Positions 47,966 through 57,163 are shown, numbered from the stretch's first letter. The stretch: 64,000 nt of DNA from Clostridia bacterium (GCA_017626365.1 JAGAIV010000001.1:31429-95428), one strand, 5' to 3'. Translations and numbers: made by a program. The notes: generated by a model not told the origin, from the sequence alone.

Positions 47966-48270
47966 TGGTGGACAGGGAAGGATTCGAACCTTCGTACTCG
48001 TATGAGAACAGATTTCTTACTACTATAGTTTTCACTACCAATTTCTTGTTTGTAGTCTGGACTTTCTCTTTATCTTTTTAAGATACCAGGTATAAAGTCT
48101 CTACACTCGGAAATTTCTTTCCTAGCTCGGGATTATCATCAGCTTAAACTGTTAAGACTTCCCCGAATTAGCCCGGTTTTCACCACAAAATCACTTTTGT
48201 GGGCTGCAATTTCTGCTTTTATAAAGCAAAGCATACAGTCTGCCGCCTTTAGCCACTCGGCCACCTGTCC
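47966..48270 (-). tRNA. tRNA-Tyr(GUA) interrupted by a group I intron
   Basis: The 5' part is GGACAGGTGGCCGAGTGGCTAAAGGCGGCAGACTGT. The 3' part is AAATCTGTTCTCATACGAGTACGAAGGTTCGAATCCTTCCCTGTCCACCA. Joined, they form a class II tRNA with loop CTGTAAA, a long variable arm, and paired acceptor GGACAGG/CCTGTCC. Confidence 0.88.
48016..48234 (-). ncRNA. Group I intron (small, IC3-like, ORF-less), about 219 nt
   Basis: Inserted after U35 of the anticodon and ends in G. Core strings CUAAUUCGGGGAAGUCUUAAC and CCGAGUGUAGAGACUUUAUACC resemble the Azoarcus tRNA-Ile intron (UCAAAUUCGGCGAAACCUAAGC and GAAGGUGUAGAGACUAGACGG). A candidate guide sequence UUGCAG could pair with exon CUGU, giving U-G at the splice site. 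Exact junctions are inferred. Confidence 0.75.
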
Positions 48271-48338
48271 ATATTCAATTTTTAAATGGTTGTGTTAGAA
48301 TTTTAGTTCTTACAAACCATTATATGCATTAGCATAAA

Positions 48339-48415
48339 TGGTGCGCCCTCAAGGATTCGAACCTTGGACCCACCGGTTATGAGCCGGTTGCTCTGACCAA
48401 CTGAGCTAAGGGCGC
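48339..48415 (-). tRNA. tRNA with CAU anticodon (elongator Met, or Ile2 if lysidine-modified)
   Basis: GCGCCCTTAGCTCAGTTGGTCAGAGCAACCGGCTCATAACCGGTGGGTCCAAGGTTCGAATCCTTGAGGGCGCACCA. G1-C72 and no GGG/CCC anticodon stem, so it is not an initiator. Confidence 0.85.
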
Positions 48416-48422
48416 ATGTCAG

Positions 48423-48496
<74 letters not shown>

Positions 48497-48517
48497 ATTT
48501 TCTACCGACATTAATAA

Positions 48518-48546
48518 ATTATAAGGGTTATTATATTGTTTGTCAA
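48518..48546 (-). promoter_or_regulatory. Consensus promoter for the tRNA-Gly/Met/Tyr cluster
   Basis: Minus strand TTGACA-N17-TATAAT, about 21 nt upstream of tRNA-Gly. Confidence 0.6.
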
Positions 48547-48652
48547 GACCTTTTTCAAAAAAATTTTTTACTCTTTTTTTCGATAATAATTTACTTTTTG
48601 CTAAGAATAATATAGAATACTTATATAAAATATAGAAAAAGGAAGAATTATC

Positions 48653-49108
48653 ATGCAATCATATATTTCAAATAATGAAATAGATACAATGAATCTTGCA
48701 AAAAAAATAGCAAGCAAGTTAAATACTGGTGATGTTGTTGTTTTATCTGGTGATTTAGGTTCTGGAAAAACAAAATTCACAGAAGGTTTTTTATCTTACT
48801 TTGGTCTTGAAAATGAAATTTCTAGCCCTACTTTTACTATTGTAAATGAGTATACCAAAGATAATATTAATATCTATCATTTTGACGTTTATCGTTTAAA
48901 TTCAAGTGATGAATTTTATGCAATCGGTGGCGAGCAATATTTTGAAAATGGTATTTGTATTATTGAATGGGGCGAGCAAATTCAAGATGTACTCCCTAAA
49001 GAATATTTACATATTACCTTTGAACGAGACTTGGAAAATGATTCGAAACGAATCCTATATCTCCAACCACATGGAAAATTTTTCGAAAAATTAATTGAAG
49101 CTCTATAA
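48653..49108 (+). CDS. tsaE: tRNA t6A37 biosynthesis ATPase TsaE
   Basis: 151 aa with P-loop GDLGSGKTKFTEG, SPTFTIVNEY and HFDVYRL. Confidence 0.92.
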   Translation: MQSYISNNEIDTMNLAKKIASKLNTGDVVVLSGDLGSGKTKFTEGFLSYFGLENEISSPTFTIVNEYTKDNINIYHFDVYRLNSSDEFYAIGGEQYFENGICIIEWGEQIQDVLPKEYLHITFERDLENDSKRILYLQPHGKFFEKLIEAL

Positions 49109-49154
49109 AAGGCCCCTTTACTTAATGGGGCTGTCGCGAAGCGACTGGGGTTCT
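49109..49154 (-). repeat. GC-rich double-hairpin repeat, copy A
   Basis: Minus strand AGAACCCCAGTCGCTTCGCGACAGCCCCATTAAGTAAAGGGGCCTT. It starts directly after the tsaE stop. Confidence 0.75.
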
Positions 49155-49170
49155 AAAGGAGTAATGATAT

Positions 49171-49860
49171 ATGAAAATTTTAAGTATAAATACATCTTCT
49201 AACATATGCGCTGCAGCTATTTTAGAAGATACCACTTTAATAAAAGAAATCACAATTAACGATGCTAACACTCACAGCGTTAAATTAATGCCATTAATTG
49301 ATGAATTATTTAAATCTACCAATTTATCCGTTCAAGACATTGATTTATTTGCTTGTGATAAAGGACCAGGCTCCTTTACAGGTATTCGTATTGGTATATC
49401 TACAATAAAAGCCTTTTGTGATGTAACAAATAAACCAAGTATTGGAATTAGCTCCCTTACTTCTCTTGCTTATTTATCGAATTACAATGGACTAATCTGT
49501 TCTTTAATTGATGCTAAAAACGATAATGTATATTATGGATTATTTGAACATAAAAATGGCACTTATACTCAAATTGGTGAGTTTTTAGTAGATACTATTT
49601 TTAATATTACAGAAATATTAAAAGTTTGTAACAAACCTGTCTTTTTTGTTGGAAATGGTAGCAGGATTTATAAAGATATGTTAGAATCTAATTTGAAAGA
49701 AAATGCGATTATTGAAGATGATGAAAAATATTGTAATTTAAGTGCATATTGTACTGGAATTGCTGCTTTTGACGCCTTTAAATCAAATCAAAACACTCCT
49801 CTTTCCCCACTTTATTTAAAAAAATCAAATGCGGAAAGAGAATTGGAGGAAAAAAAGTGA
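49171..49860 (+). CDS. tsaB: tRNA t6A37 biosynthesis protein TsaB
   Basis: 229 aa. Starts MKILSINTSS, contains GPGSFTGIRIG. Confidence 0.9.
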   Translation: MKILSINTSSNICAAAILEDTTLIKEITINDANTHSVKLMPLIDELFKSTNLSVQDIDLFACDKGPGSFTGIRIGISTIKAFCDVTNKPSIGISSLTSLAYLSNYNGLICSLIDAKNDNVYYGLFEHKNGTYTQIGEFLVDTIFNITEILKVCNKPVFFVGNGSRIYKDMLESNLKENAIIEDDEKYCNLSAYCTGIAAFDAFKSNQNTPLSPLYLKKSNAERELEEKK

Positions 49861-50294
49861 ATATAACAATTCGCTCTATGTCTATTTCAGATTTAGAACA
49901 AATAAAAGATACTCTTACCATCGATTTCGATGATTTTTGGAATTATAATGTCTTTAAACAGGAATTAGAAAATCCAAACTCAGAATACTTTGTTGCTCTG
50001 CAAGATGAAAACATCGTTGGTTTTGCTGGAATTTGGACTGCCATTGATGACATTCATATTACGAATATTGTAACTAAAAAAGATATGAGAAACTTAGGAA
50101 TTGGAACAAAATTATTAGAACATTTAATAAATGTATCAAAGGAGAAAAATTTATCTTCTCTTACTTTAGAAGTAAATGAAAAAAATGAACCTGCTATTAA
50201 ATTATATGAAAAACATCATTTTCAAAAAATTGGACAAAGGAAGAATTATTATAAACAAAATGAGAATGCTATTATTATGACATACTATTTTTAA
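49857..50294 (+). CDS. rimI: Ribosomal-protein-alanine N-acetyltransferase (GNAT)
   Basis: 145 aa with GNAT motif A RNLGIGTKLLEH. Sits in the operon position after tsaB with a 4-nt overlap. Confidence 0.85.
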   Translation: MNITIRSMSISDLEQIKDTLTIDFDDFWNYNVFKQELENPNSEYFVALQDENIVGFAGIWTAIDDIHITNIVTKKDMRNLGIGTKLLEHLINVSKEKNLSSLTLEVNEKNEPAIKLYEKHHFQKIGQRKNYYKQNENAIIMTYYF

Positions 50295-50313
50295 TAATAA
50301 AGGAGAAAAACGA

Positions 50314-52695
50314 ATGAAAAAAAATGAACTAAACTACAAACAATTAAAAGATTATTGCGACCCAAGTGTTTTCAAATTTAATGATACTTCTGAAATTGAA
50401 TCTATTCATACTGGAATCGGTCAAGACAGAGGAATTAAAGCTTTAGAGTTTGGAATTAGTGTAGATGTAAAAGGATATAACCTATACCTTGAAGGTCCAG
50501 ATGGTGTCGGAAAAACAATGTATACGAAAAACTATTTAAACCATATTTCCAAAAAAGAAAAAACTCCTTCTGATTGGTGCTATATTTATAATTTTGATAA
50601 TCCAAATGAACCTATTGCCGTTTCTTTAAATGCTGGTCAAGGAAAAGAATTTAAAGAAGATATGGATGGGTTTATTAAAGATATTAAAGCAGATATTAAT
50701 AAAACTTTTAGTAATGAAGATTTTGAAAAAGAAAAAGCTCTAATCAAACAAGAATTTGAACAAAAACGTTCTTCTCTTTTAGAAAAGTTAAATGAACAAT
50801 CTATGAAATATGGTTTCCAAGTAAAAACTGCTCAAAATGGAATTTATATGATGCCAGTTATTGACGGAAAAACCATCGAAGAAGAAGAATTTGAAAAATT
50901 AGATGAAAATGTAAAAAAAGAATTTGAAAGTAAATCAGGTATTGTACAAGAGCAGATTTTAGCTGCTATTGCTGAAATTAAAGCAATCGAAAAAGCTTCT
51001 GATAAAAAAATTGAAGAATGGCAATCTAATGTTGCCCTACTTACTATTAATACACATATTAATTATATTAAATCAAAATATAAGAGAAACAAAAAAATTA
51101 ATAAATTTTTAGATAATGTAAAAAAGGATATTTTAAAGAATGTTCCTTTATTTATAGAACAACCAGCATCCGCTCAACCTCAACAATTAGCTGGTCCTCG
51201 CCAAGAACCGAAACAACCTTGGTTAAATTATAGAGTTAACTTATTTATTGATAATAGTGAATTAGAAGGTTCTCCTGTTATAATGGATTCTAACTATTCA
51301 TATCATAACTTATTTGGAAAGCTAGAATATGAGAACTATTATGGTGCATTAAAAACAGATTATACTATGTTACAACCAGGTCTTTTACACAAGGCAAATG
51401 GTGGTTACATTATGCTGCAAGCAAAAGACTTGCTTTCTAATTCATTATGCTATGAGGCATTAAAGAAAGCTCTTCGTATAAAAGAATTAAATATTGAAAA
51501 TGCTGTTGACCAACGTAGTTCTATGGTTATGGTATCTTTAAAACCAGAACCTATTCCACTTGATTTAAAAGTAATTTTAATTGGAAGTTCCAATATTTAT
51601 CATACTCTACTTGCTATGGATTCTGATTTTAAAAAATTATTTAAAGTAAAAGTAGAATTTGAAGATGATGCTCCAAAAAATGAAGAAAATGAACTAAAAC
51701 TTGCTCGTTTTATTCATGGTTTCTGTGAACAAGAGGATTTACCACCTCTTGATGCAGGTGCTGTTGCAAAAATGGTAGAATACTCTTCAAAACTTGCTAA
51801 TAGTAAGAAAAAATTATCGACCAGATTTAATGATTTATCTGAAATTGTCGCAGAAGCATGTACTTGGGCAAAATTATCCAAAACGAAAGTAGTAAATGCA
51901 GATTTAATCGATAAGACATTAACAGAACGTATTGACCGTGTCAAAAAATATGATGAACGCTATACCGAAATGATTCGTGAAAATACTTTATTAATTAGTA
52001 CTTATGGATTTAAAGTTGGACAAATTAATGGTTTAACCGTTATGACCATTGGAGATTACTCTTTTGGAAAACCTTCAAAAATTACGGTAAATACTTATAC
52101 TGGAAAATCTGGTATTATTAACATTGAACGTGAAGTTGAAATGTCTGGTTCTTCCCATTCAAAAGGTGTATACATCTTAAGTGGATACTTAGGAGAAATG
52201 TTTGCACAAGATTTTCCTCTATCACTTACTGCAAGTATTTGTTTTGAACAGTTATATAACGGAGTGGATGGCGATAGTGCTTCAAGTACTGAATTATATG
52301 CCCTACTTTCTAGCTTATCCAATGTACCAATCAATCAATCGATTGCCGTTACCGGTTCTGTAAACCAAAAAGGTGAAATTCAACCAATTGGTGGAGTGAA
52401 TGAAAAAATAGAAGGATTCTATCAAATTTGTAAAATGAGAGGTTTAGACGGATCACATGGTGTTATGATTCCAGTACAAAATATCGATAACCTTAGCTTA
52501 TCGGATGAAATTGTAAATGCAGTAAAGAAAGGTACTTTCCATATTTATTCGGTTTCTTCTATTGAAGAGGGAATTGAAGTATTAACAGGAGTTCCTGCCG
52601 GAAAGAAAGATAAAAATGGACATTTTCCTGCTGGAACCGTAAATGCATTAGTTTATGAAAAGTTAAAAAAATATGCAGAAGTAAGTAGTAAATAG
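50314..52695 (+). CDS. Lon-like protease (AAA+-like module with a long helical insertion plus an S16 protease domain; LonC / lon_rel type)
   Basis: 793 aa. P-loop GPDGVGKT, a charged coiled-coil insertion of about 150 aa, and a C-terminal Lon protease domain with DGDSASSTE (Ser) and GGVNEKIEGF (Lys). Confidence 0.8.
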   Translation: MKKNELNYKQLKDYCDPSVFKFNDTSEIESIHTGIGQDRGIKALEFGISVDVKGYNLYLEGPDGVGKTMYTKNYLNHISKKEKTPSDWCYIYNFDNPNEPIAVSLNAGQGKEFKEDMDGFIKDIKADINKTFSNEDFEKEKALIKQEFEQKRSSLLEKLNEQSMKYGFQVKTAQNGIYMMPVIDGKTIEEEEFEKLDENVKKEFESKSGIVQEQILAAIAEIKAIEKASDKKIEEWQSNVALLTINTHINYIKSKYKRNKKINKFLDNVKKDILKNVPLFIEQPASAQPQQLAGPRQEPKQPWLNYRVNLFIDNSELEGSPVIMDSNYSYHNLFGKLEYENYYGALKTDYTMLQPGLLHKANGGYIMLQAKDLLSNSLCYEALKKALRIKELNIENAVDQRSSMVMVSLKPEPIPLDLKVILIGSSNIYHTLLAMDSDFKKLFKVKVEFEDDAPKNEENELKLARFIHGFCEQEDLPPLDAGAVAKMVEYSSKLANSKKKLSTRFNDLSEIVAEACTWAKLSKTKVVNADLIDKTLTERIDRVKKYDERYTEMIRENTLLISTYGFKVGQINGLTVMTIGDYSFGKPSKITVNTYTGKSGIINIEREVEMSGSSHSKGVYILSGYLGEMFAQDFPLSLTASICFEQLYNGVDGDSASSTELYALLSSLSNVPINQSIAVTGSVNQKGEIQPIGGVNEKIEGFYQICKMRGLDGSHGVMIPVQNIDNLSLSDEIVNAVKKGTFHIYSVSSIEEGIEVLTGVPAGKKDKNGHFPAGTVNALVYEKLKKYAEVSSK

Positions 52696-52743
52696 AACCC
52701 CCGGTCAGCTTCGCTGACCGGCCCCTTAGGTAAAGGGGCCTTT
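52694..52743 (+). repeat. GC-rich double-hairpin repeat, copy B
   Basis: AGAACCCCCGGTCAGCTTCGCTGACCGGCCCCTTAGGTAAAGGGGCCTTT. It overlaps the lon-like stop codon. Confidence 0.75.
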
Positions 52744-52797
52744 ACTCTACGGATTTTGGGTTAGAATTAGTGTTAGTGGTATTTATGAAAAGTAGAG

Positions 52798-52851
52798 AAA
52801 AGCCTCCTTTATTTAAGGGAGGTGGCTCGCGCTAGCGAGACGGAGGGTTCT
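52798..52851 (-). repeat. GC-rich double-hairpin repeat, copy C (diverged)
   Basis: Minus strand AGAACCCTCCGTCTCGCTAGCGCGAGCCACCTCCCTTAAATAAAGGAGGCTTT. Convergent with copy B. Confidence 0.65.
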
Positions 52852-52855
52852 TATA

Positions 52856-52888
52856 CAAAAAAATGGCAAACATTAAAGTTCGCCATTT
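52856..52888 (-). terminator. rplS terminator
   Basis: Minus strand AATGGCGAAC-tttaat-GTTTGCCATT followed by TTTTTT. Confidence 0.8.
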
Positions 52889-52896
52889 TTTATTTA

Positions 52897-53493
52897 TTAT
52901 TCCTCTGTTTTTGTTTCTTCTTCAGCTGGTGCTTCTTCTACTATTTCAACAGTTTCTTCTTTTACAGTATCAACAACTTCTTCAGCTACAACTTCTTGAG
53001 TTTCTACTGCTGGAGCTTCTTCTGGAGCTACGGTTGTTTCTTCAACAGCAGCTTCAGTAGCAACTGGTTCTACAACTTCTGCTACTTCTTCAGCAACTGG
53101 AACTTCTGCCATTTCTTCTTTTAAAGTAATTTCCTTGTTTTCGATTCTTGCACCTAATTTTTCTTTTGTCTTAGATGCTTTACCTACTCTGTCTCTTAAG
53201 TAGAATAATTTAGCTCTTCTTGCTTTACCTACTCTTACTAATTCCACTTTTTCAACTAATGGTGAATGAACTAAGAATGTTTTTTCAACACCTACACCAT
53301 AAGAAATTCTTCTTACTGTAAATGTTTCATTTAATCCTCCACCTTGTTTTTTAATAATAATTCCTTCAAATACTTGAATTCTTTCTCTGTTTCCTTCTTT
53401 AATTCTTACATGAACTCTTACAGTATTTCCAACATCTAATACTGGAACTTTATTTTTTAATTGTTCATGTTCAATTGATTTTATAATATCCAT
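52897..53493 (-). CDS. rplS: Ribosomal protein L19 with an acidic C-terminal extension of about 80 aa
   Basis: The N-terminal roughly 115 aa are canonical L19 ([34 protein letters not shown]...[14 protein letters not shown]). The extension reads ...[55 protein letters not shown]... Confidence 0.93.
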   Translation of the reverse strand: MDIIKSIEHEQLKNKVPVLDVGNTVRVHVRIKEGNRERIQVFEGIIIKKQGGGLNETFTVRRISYGVGVEKTFLVHSPLVEKVELVRVGKARRAKLFYLRDRVGKASKTKEKLGARIENKEITLKEEMAEVPVAEEVAEVVEPVATEAAVEETTVAPEEAPAVETQEVVAEEVVDTVKEETVEIVEEAPAEEETKTEE

Positions 53494-53515
53494 TTGAAAA
53501 CTTTCCTCCTTCTTT

Positions 53516-54238
53516 CTAATTTTTATTTTCTTTCAAATTTTCGATATATTGTTTTTCTTCATTCGTTAAGGTTAGTTTTTCTAGTAAATCTGGTCTTTTA
53601 TTATAGGTTATTTCGAGTGATTTCTTTTTTCTCCAATCTTCAATTTTTTCATGATGACCGGAAAGTAAAATTTCTGGTACTTGTCTGTTATAAAAGATTT
53701 CTGGTCTTGTGTATTGTGGATATTCTAAAAGTCCTGTCGAAAAAGATTCTTCTTGTATGGAATCTTTATTTAGAACTCCTTCTACATATCTTGATACACT
53801 ATCAATTAAAACCATGGCAGGAAGTTCCCCTCCTGTTAAAACATAGTCACCAATTGAAATTTCTTCTGGAGCAATTTCATCAATTACTCTTTGGTCGATT
53901 CCCTCATAATGCCCACATAAAAGAACAATGTGTTTTTCTTTACTTAAATTTTTAACTTTTTCTTGGTCTAATGTTTTTCCTTGTGGAGTTAAATAGATTA
54001 CTTTTGATTCTTTTGTTGCAACTGATTTATAAGCATCATATACAACATCTGCTCTCATTACCATTCCTGCGCCACCACCATATGGTGTATCATCTACTTT
54101 TTTATGTTTGTCTTTCGAAAAATCTCTTATATTGGTAATGTTTATTTTAATATAATTATTTTTCGAAGCTCTTCCAATAATACTGGCCGTCAGTGGTGTA
54201 AACATTTCTGGAAATAATGTTAAAACATCAAATTTCAT
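53516..54238 (-). CDS. trmD: tRNA (guanine37-N1)-methyltransferase
   Basis: 240 aa. Starts [13 protein letters not shown], contains [11 protein letters not shown] and [18 protein letters not shown]. Confidence 0.96.
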   Translation of the reverse strand: MKFDVLTLFPEMFTPLTASIIGRASKNNYIKINITNIRDFSKDKHKKVDDTPYGGGAGMVMRADVVYDAYKSVATKESKVIYLTPQGKTLDQEKVKNLSKEKHIVLLCGHYEGIDQRVIDEIAPEEISIGDYVLTGGELPAMVLIDSVSRYVEGVLNKDSIQEESFSTGLLEYPQYTRPEIFYNRQVPEILLSGHHEKIEDWRKKKSLEITYNKRPDLLEKLTLTNEEKQYIENLKENKN

Positions 54239-54247
54239 AACTACTCC

Positions 54248-54754
54248 CTATATAAGCCCATCTAATAAGTGAACCGTTATTTTTTTATTTTCAATATCCA
54301 CTTGTTTTATAACTTGGCTAATTGCTGGTAATAATACTTGTTTTCCTTCTTCATTTTTTACAACATAAATATCATTGCTACCTGTAGGATATACATCTGT
54401 TATTCTACCTAATATTTCACCTTCATCTGTTACAACTTCACAGTCCAACAAATCCACAATGAAATATGTATCTTCCGGCAGTTCTACCGCATTTTTACGG
54501 TCTATTTTTAAATAACAGTTTCTATATTTTTCGGCAACATTGATATCATCGATTCCTTTTAGTTTTAGTAATACAGTATTTTTACTATATTTTACTTCTT
54601 CTATCTCAAATGTTTCTAATCCATTTTTCGTTTGAAGGTAAACTTCATCTAAATCTTCAAATCGATTTATGTTGTCTGTAAAAGGAACTACTTTTACAAA
54701 TCCTTTAATTCCATAAGTATTTACTATTTGACCAATCTCCATTAACTGTTTCAT
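54248..54754 (-). CDS. rimM: 16S rRNA processing protein RimM
   Basis: 168 aa with a RimM-like N-terminal barrel (IGQIVNTYGIKGFVKV) and a PRC barrel. Confidence 0.9.
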   Translation of the reverse strand: MKQLMEIGQIVNTYGIKGFVKVVPFTDNINRFEDLDEVYLQTKNGLETFEIEEVKYSKNTVLLKLKGIDDINVAEKYRNCYLKIDRKNAVELPEDTYFIVDLLDCEVVTDEGEILGRITDVYPTGSNDIYVVKNEEGKQVLLPAISQVIKQVDIENKKITVHLLDGLI

Positions 54755-54757
54755 TAA

Positions 54758-54991
54758 CTAATCCTCTACAAATTCAATATTTACTTTTTTATTTTCTTTT
54801 GTAGCGATTGCTTTTGCAACAGTTCTAATTGCTTTTGCAATTCTACCTTGTTTTCCAATTACTTTACCCATATCAGAATCTGCAACTTTTACACTAAATG
54901 TAATTACATCTTCTTTTTCATTTTCAGTAATTGTAACTTGGTCTGGATTTGCAACTAAATTTTTAATCATAATTTCAAGCATTTCTTTCAT
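54758..54991 (-). CDS. KH-domain RNA-binding protein (YlqC/UPF0109)
   Basis: MKEMLEIMIKNLV... with GKVIGKQGRIAKAIRTV. Conserved position between rpsP and rimM. Confidence 0.88.
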   Translation of the reverse strand: MKEMLEIMIKNLVANPDQVTITENEKEDVITFSVKVADSDMGKVIGKQGRIAKAIRTVAKAIATKENKKVNIEFVED

Positions 54992-55004
54992 ATACTTGCT
55001 CCTC

Positions 55005-55238
55005 CTAGTTTGCTTTTTCAATTAAAGCTTTTACTGTATCTGTTGGTTTTGCACCATTTTTAATCCATGTTGCAACTTTTTCTTTATCAAGTACGATTGT
55101 AGATGGCTCTGTCATTGGGTTATATGTACCAATTTGTTCAATGATTTTTCCATCTCTTGCTCTTCTTGAATCAGCTACTACAATGTGATAGAATGGAGCT
55201 TTTTTAGCACCTACTCTTTGTAATCTTATTTTTACCAT
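55005..55238 (-). CDS. rpsP: Ribosomal protein S16
   Basis: [52 protein letters not shown]. Confidence 0.96.
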   Translation of the reverse strand: MVKIRLQRVGAKKAPFYHIVVADSRRARDGKIIEQIGTYNPMTEPSTIVLDKEKVATWIKNGAKPTDTVKALIEKAN

Positions 55239-55302
55239 TTTGTTTTTCACCTCCTGAAATATGAATTAATTTATTTAAATTTAAAAATTTAATGACATAT
55301 TT

Positions 55303-56661
55303 TTACATTTTAAAATTCTTTAGGTCTTTTAAATCTTCTGGATTGATTCCTTTTAACATATTTTTCATGCTTTTGTCGTTTTTCATTTTTTTCATCATTT
55401 TTTGTGTCATTTCAAAAGAATTCATGAATTTGTTAACTTCTTGTACAGTAACACCTGCACCAGTAGCAATTCTTTTTCTTCTTGAACCATTTAATAGTTT
55501 TGGATTTCTTTTTTCTTTTTTGGTCATAGAGCAGATAATTGCTTCTATTTTTACAAATTCTTTATCATCTATTTTGACATCTTTTAAAGCATTCATTCCT
55601 GGTATCATTTTTAATATAGAAGAAAATGAACCCATTTTTTTCATTTGCCTTAGTTGTGTTAAATAGTCATCTAAATCAAATTCTTGCTTTCTTAATTTTT
55701 GTTCTAGTTTTAAGGCTTCTTCTTCATCAAATGCTTCTTCTGCTTTTTCGATAATAGAAAGAACATCTCCCATTCCTAAAATTCTAGAAGCCATTCTTTC
55801 TGGATAAAATACTTCAATATCGCTTAATTTTTCACCAGTTGCCGCAAATTTAATTGGTCGTCCTGTTACCTTTTTTACAGATAGTGCTGCACCACCACGG
55901 GTATCACCATCTAGCTTTGTTAAGATAACTCCATCAATTCCAATTTCTTCATTAAATGAAGTGGCTACATTTACAGCATCTTGACCAGTCATTGCATCTA
56001 CTACTAATAAGATTTCGTATGGTTTTAAGTTTAATTTTAGATTTTTTAGTTCTTGCATAAGTTCTTCATCTATATGTAAACGACCTGCTGTATCTATAAT
56101 TACAACATCATTTAATTTAGAAATTGCAATATTCATGGCTTGTTTTGCAATATGAACAACATCTTTAGATTCTTCATTTGCAAAAACAGGAATGTTTAAT
56201 TGCTTTCCAACAACTTGCAATTGTTTAATAGCTGCTGGTCGATACACATCACAAGCTACCAATAATGGATTTTTTCCTTGTTTTCTTAAAAGATTTGCTA
56301 ATTTTCCTGCTGTTGTTGTTTTACCAGAACCTTGAAGACCTACTAGCATAATAACAGTTGGTGGATTTGGATTAAAATTAATTTTACTTTCTGTTCCACC
56401 TAATAATTCTACCAATTCATCTTTTACAATTTTAACAACTTGTTGTCCTGGTGTTAACGATTTTAATACATCTTGCCCTAAAGCTTTTTCATTAATATCT
56501 GCAATAAAATCTTTTACAATTTTATAGTTAACATCAGCCTCTAGCAAAGCAAGTTTTACTTCTCTTAGCATTTCTTTTAAATCGCTTTCAGTAATTCTCG
56601 CTTTTCCTTTTAACTTCCTTGTAATTTCTTGTAATCTTGAAGATAATCCCTCAAAAGCCAT
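55303..56661 (-). CDS. ffh: Signal recognition particle protein Ffh (SRP54)
   Basis: 452 aa with the NG domain (GLQGSGKTTTAGKLA, DTAGRL) and an M domain rich in Met. Confidence 0.97.
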   Translation of the reverse strand: MAFEGLSSRLQEITRKLKGKARITESDLKEMLREVKLALLEADVNYKIVKDFIADINEKALGQDVLKSLTPGQQVVKIVKDELVELLGGTESKINFNPNPPTVIMLVGLQGSGKTTTAGKLANLLRKQGKNPLLVACDVYRPAAIKQLQVVGKQLNIPVFANEESKDVVHIAKQAMNIAISKLNDVVIIDTAGRLHIDEELMQELKNLKLNLKPYEILLVVDAMTGQDAVNVATSFNEEIGIDGVILTKLDGDTRGGAALSVKKVTGRPIKFAATGEKLSDIEVFYPERMASRILGMGDVLSIIEKAEEAFDEEEALKLEQKLRKQEFDLDDYLTQLRQMKKMGSFSSILKMIPGMNALKDVKIDDKEFVKIEAIICSMTKKEKRNPKLLNGSRRKRIATGAGVTVQEVNKFMNSFEMTQKMMKKMKNDKSMKNMLKGINPEDLKDLKNFKM

Positions 56662-56679
56662 ATCTTCCTCCTCGTATCC

Positions 56680-57027
56680 TTATACTAAACAATTTAATTC
56701 TTTTTTCACATTTTCCAAAATACTAGCAATTTTTTTATCAGAGAATTTTGTTTCGATTTTCGTTAGTTCTAACAGTATTTTTTCGATTTGTTGTTCTTGA
56801 CTTAATGTTCTTTTCATAATTCCTAGCTTTTCTTCGTATTCGAAAAGTTTTGCTTCCCCCTTCATGATATTATCTCGTACAGCTTGCCTTGTAATACTAT
56901 AATTTTCCGCAATTTCCGATAAGGAATAATCATTATTATAGTAATCATCTAATACATTAAATTGCTTTTCGGTTAGCAGCTTTCCATAGATTTGGCAAAG
57001 CATACTGACTTTTACATTTTTCTCCAT
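56680..57027 (-). CDS. ylxM: YlxM/p13-like putative DNA-binding protein (UPF0122)
   Basis: 115 aa. LTEKQFNVLDDYYNNDYSLSEIAENYSITRQAVRDNI. Immediately upstream of ffh. Confidence 0.88.
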   Translation of the reverse strand: MEKNVKVSMLCQIYGKLLTEKQFNVLDDYYNNDYSLSEIAENYSITRQAVRDNIMKGEAKLFEYEEKLGIMKRTLSQEQQIEKILLELTKIETKFSDKKIASILENVKKELNCLV

Positions 57028-57124
57028 ACTATTACCTCTTTTTTGTAATGCTAATATACTTTACACTATTTTTTATGATTTGTCAATACTTTAAGCATAT
57101 TTTTATACTTTTTTAACAAATTAT

Positions 57125-57159
57125 AAAAAGATTACAACCATAAGGTTGTAATCTTTTTA
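57125..57159. terminator. Terminator after family member D
   Basis: AAAAAGATTACAACC-ataa-GGTTGTAATCTTTTT. Confidence 0.8.
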
Positions 57160-57163
57160 AATT

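Noticed and set aside
48100-48130. CUGAUGA string suggesting a hammerhead ribozyme
   Set aside because: It lies within the group I intron core region (AAGCUGAUGAUAAUCCCGAGC). No matching GAAA/stem III arrangement is evident. It is better explained as part of intron P6-P7 sequence.
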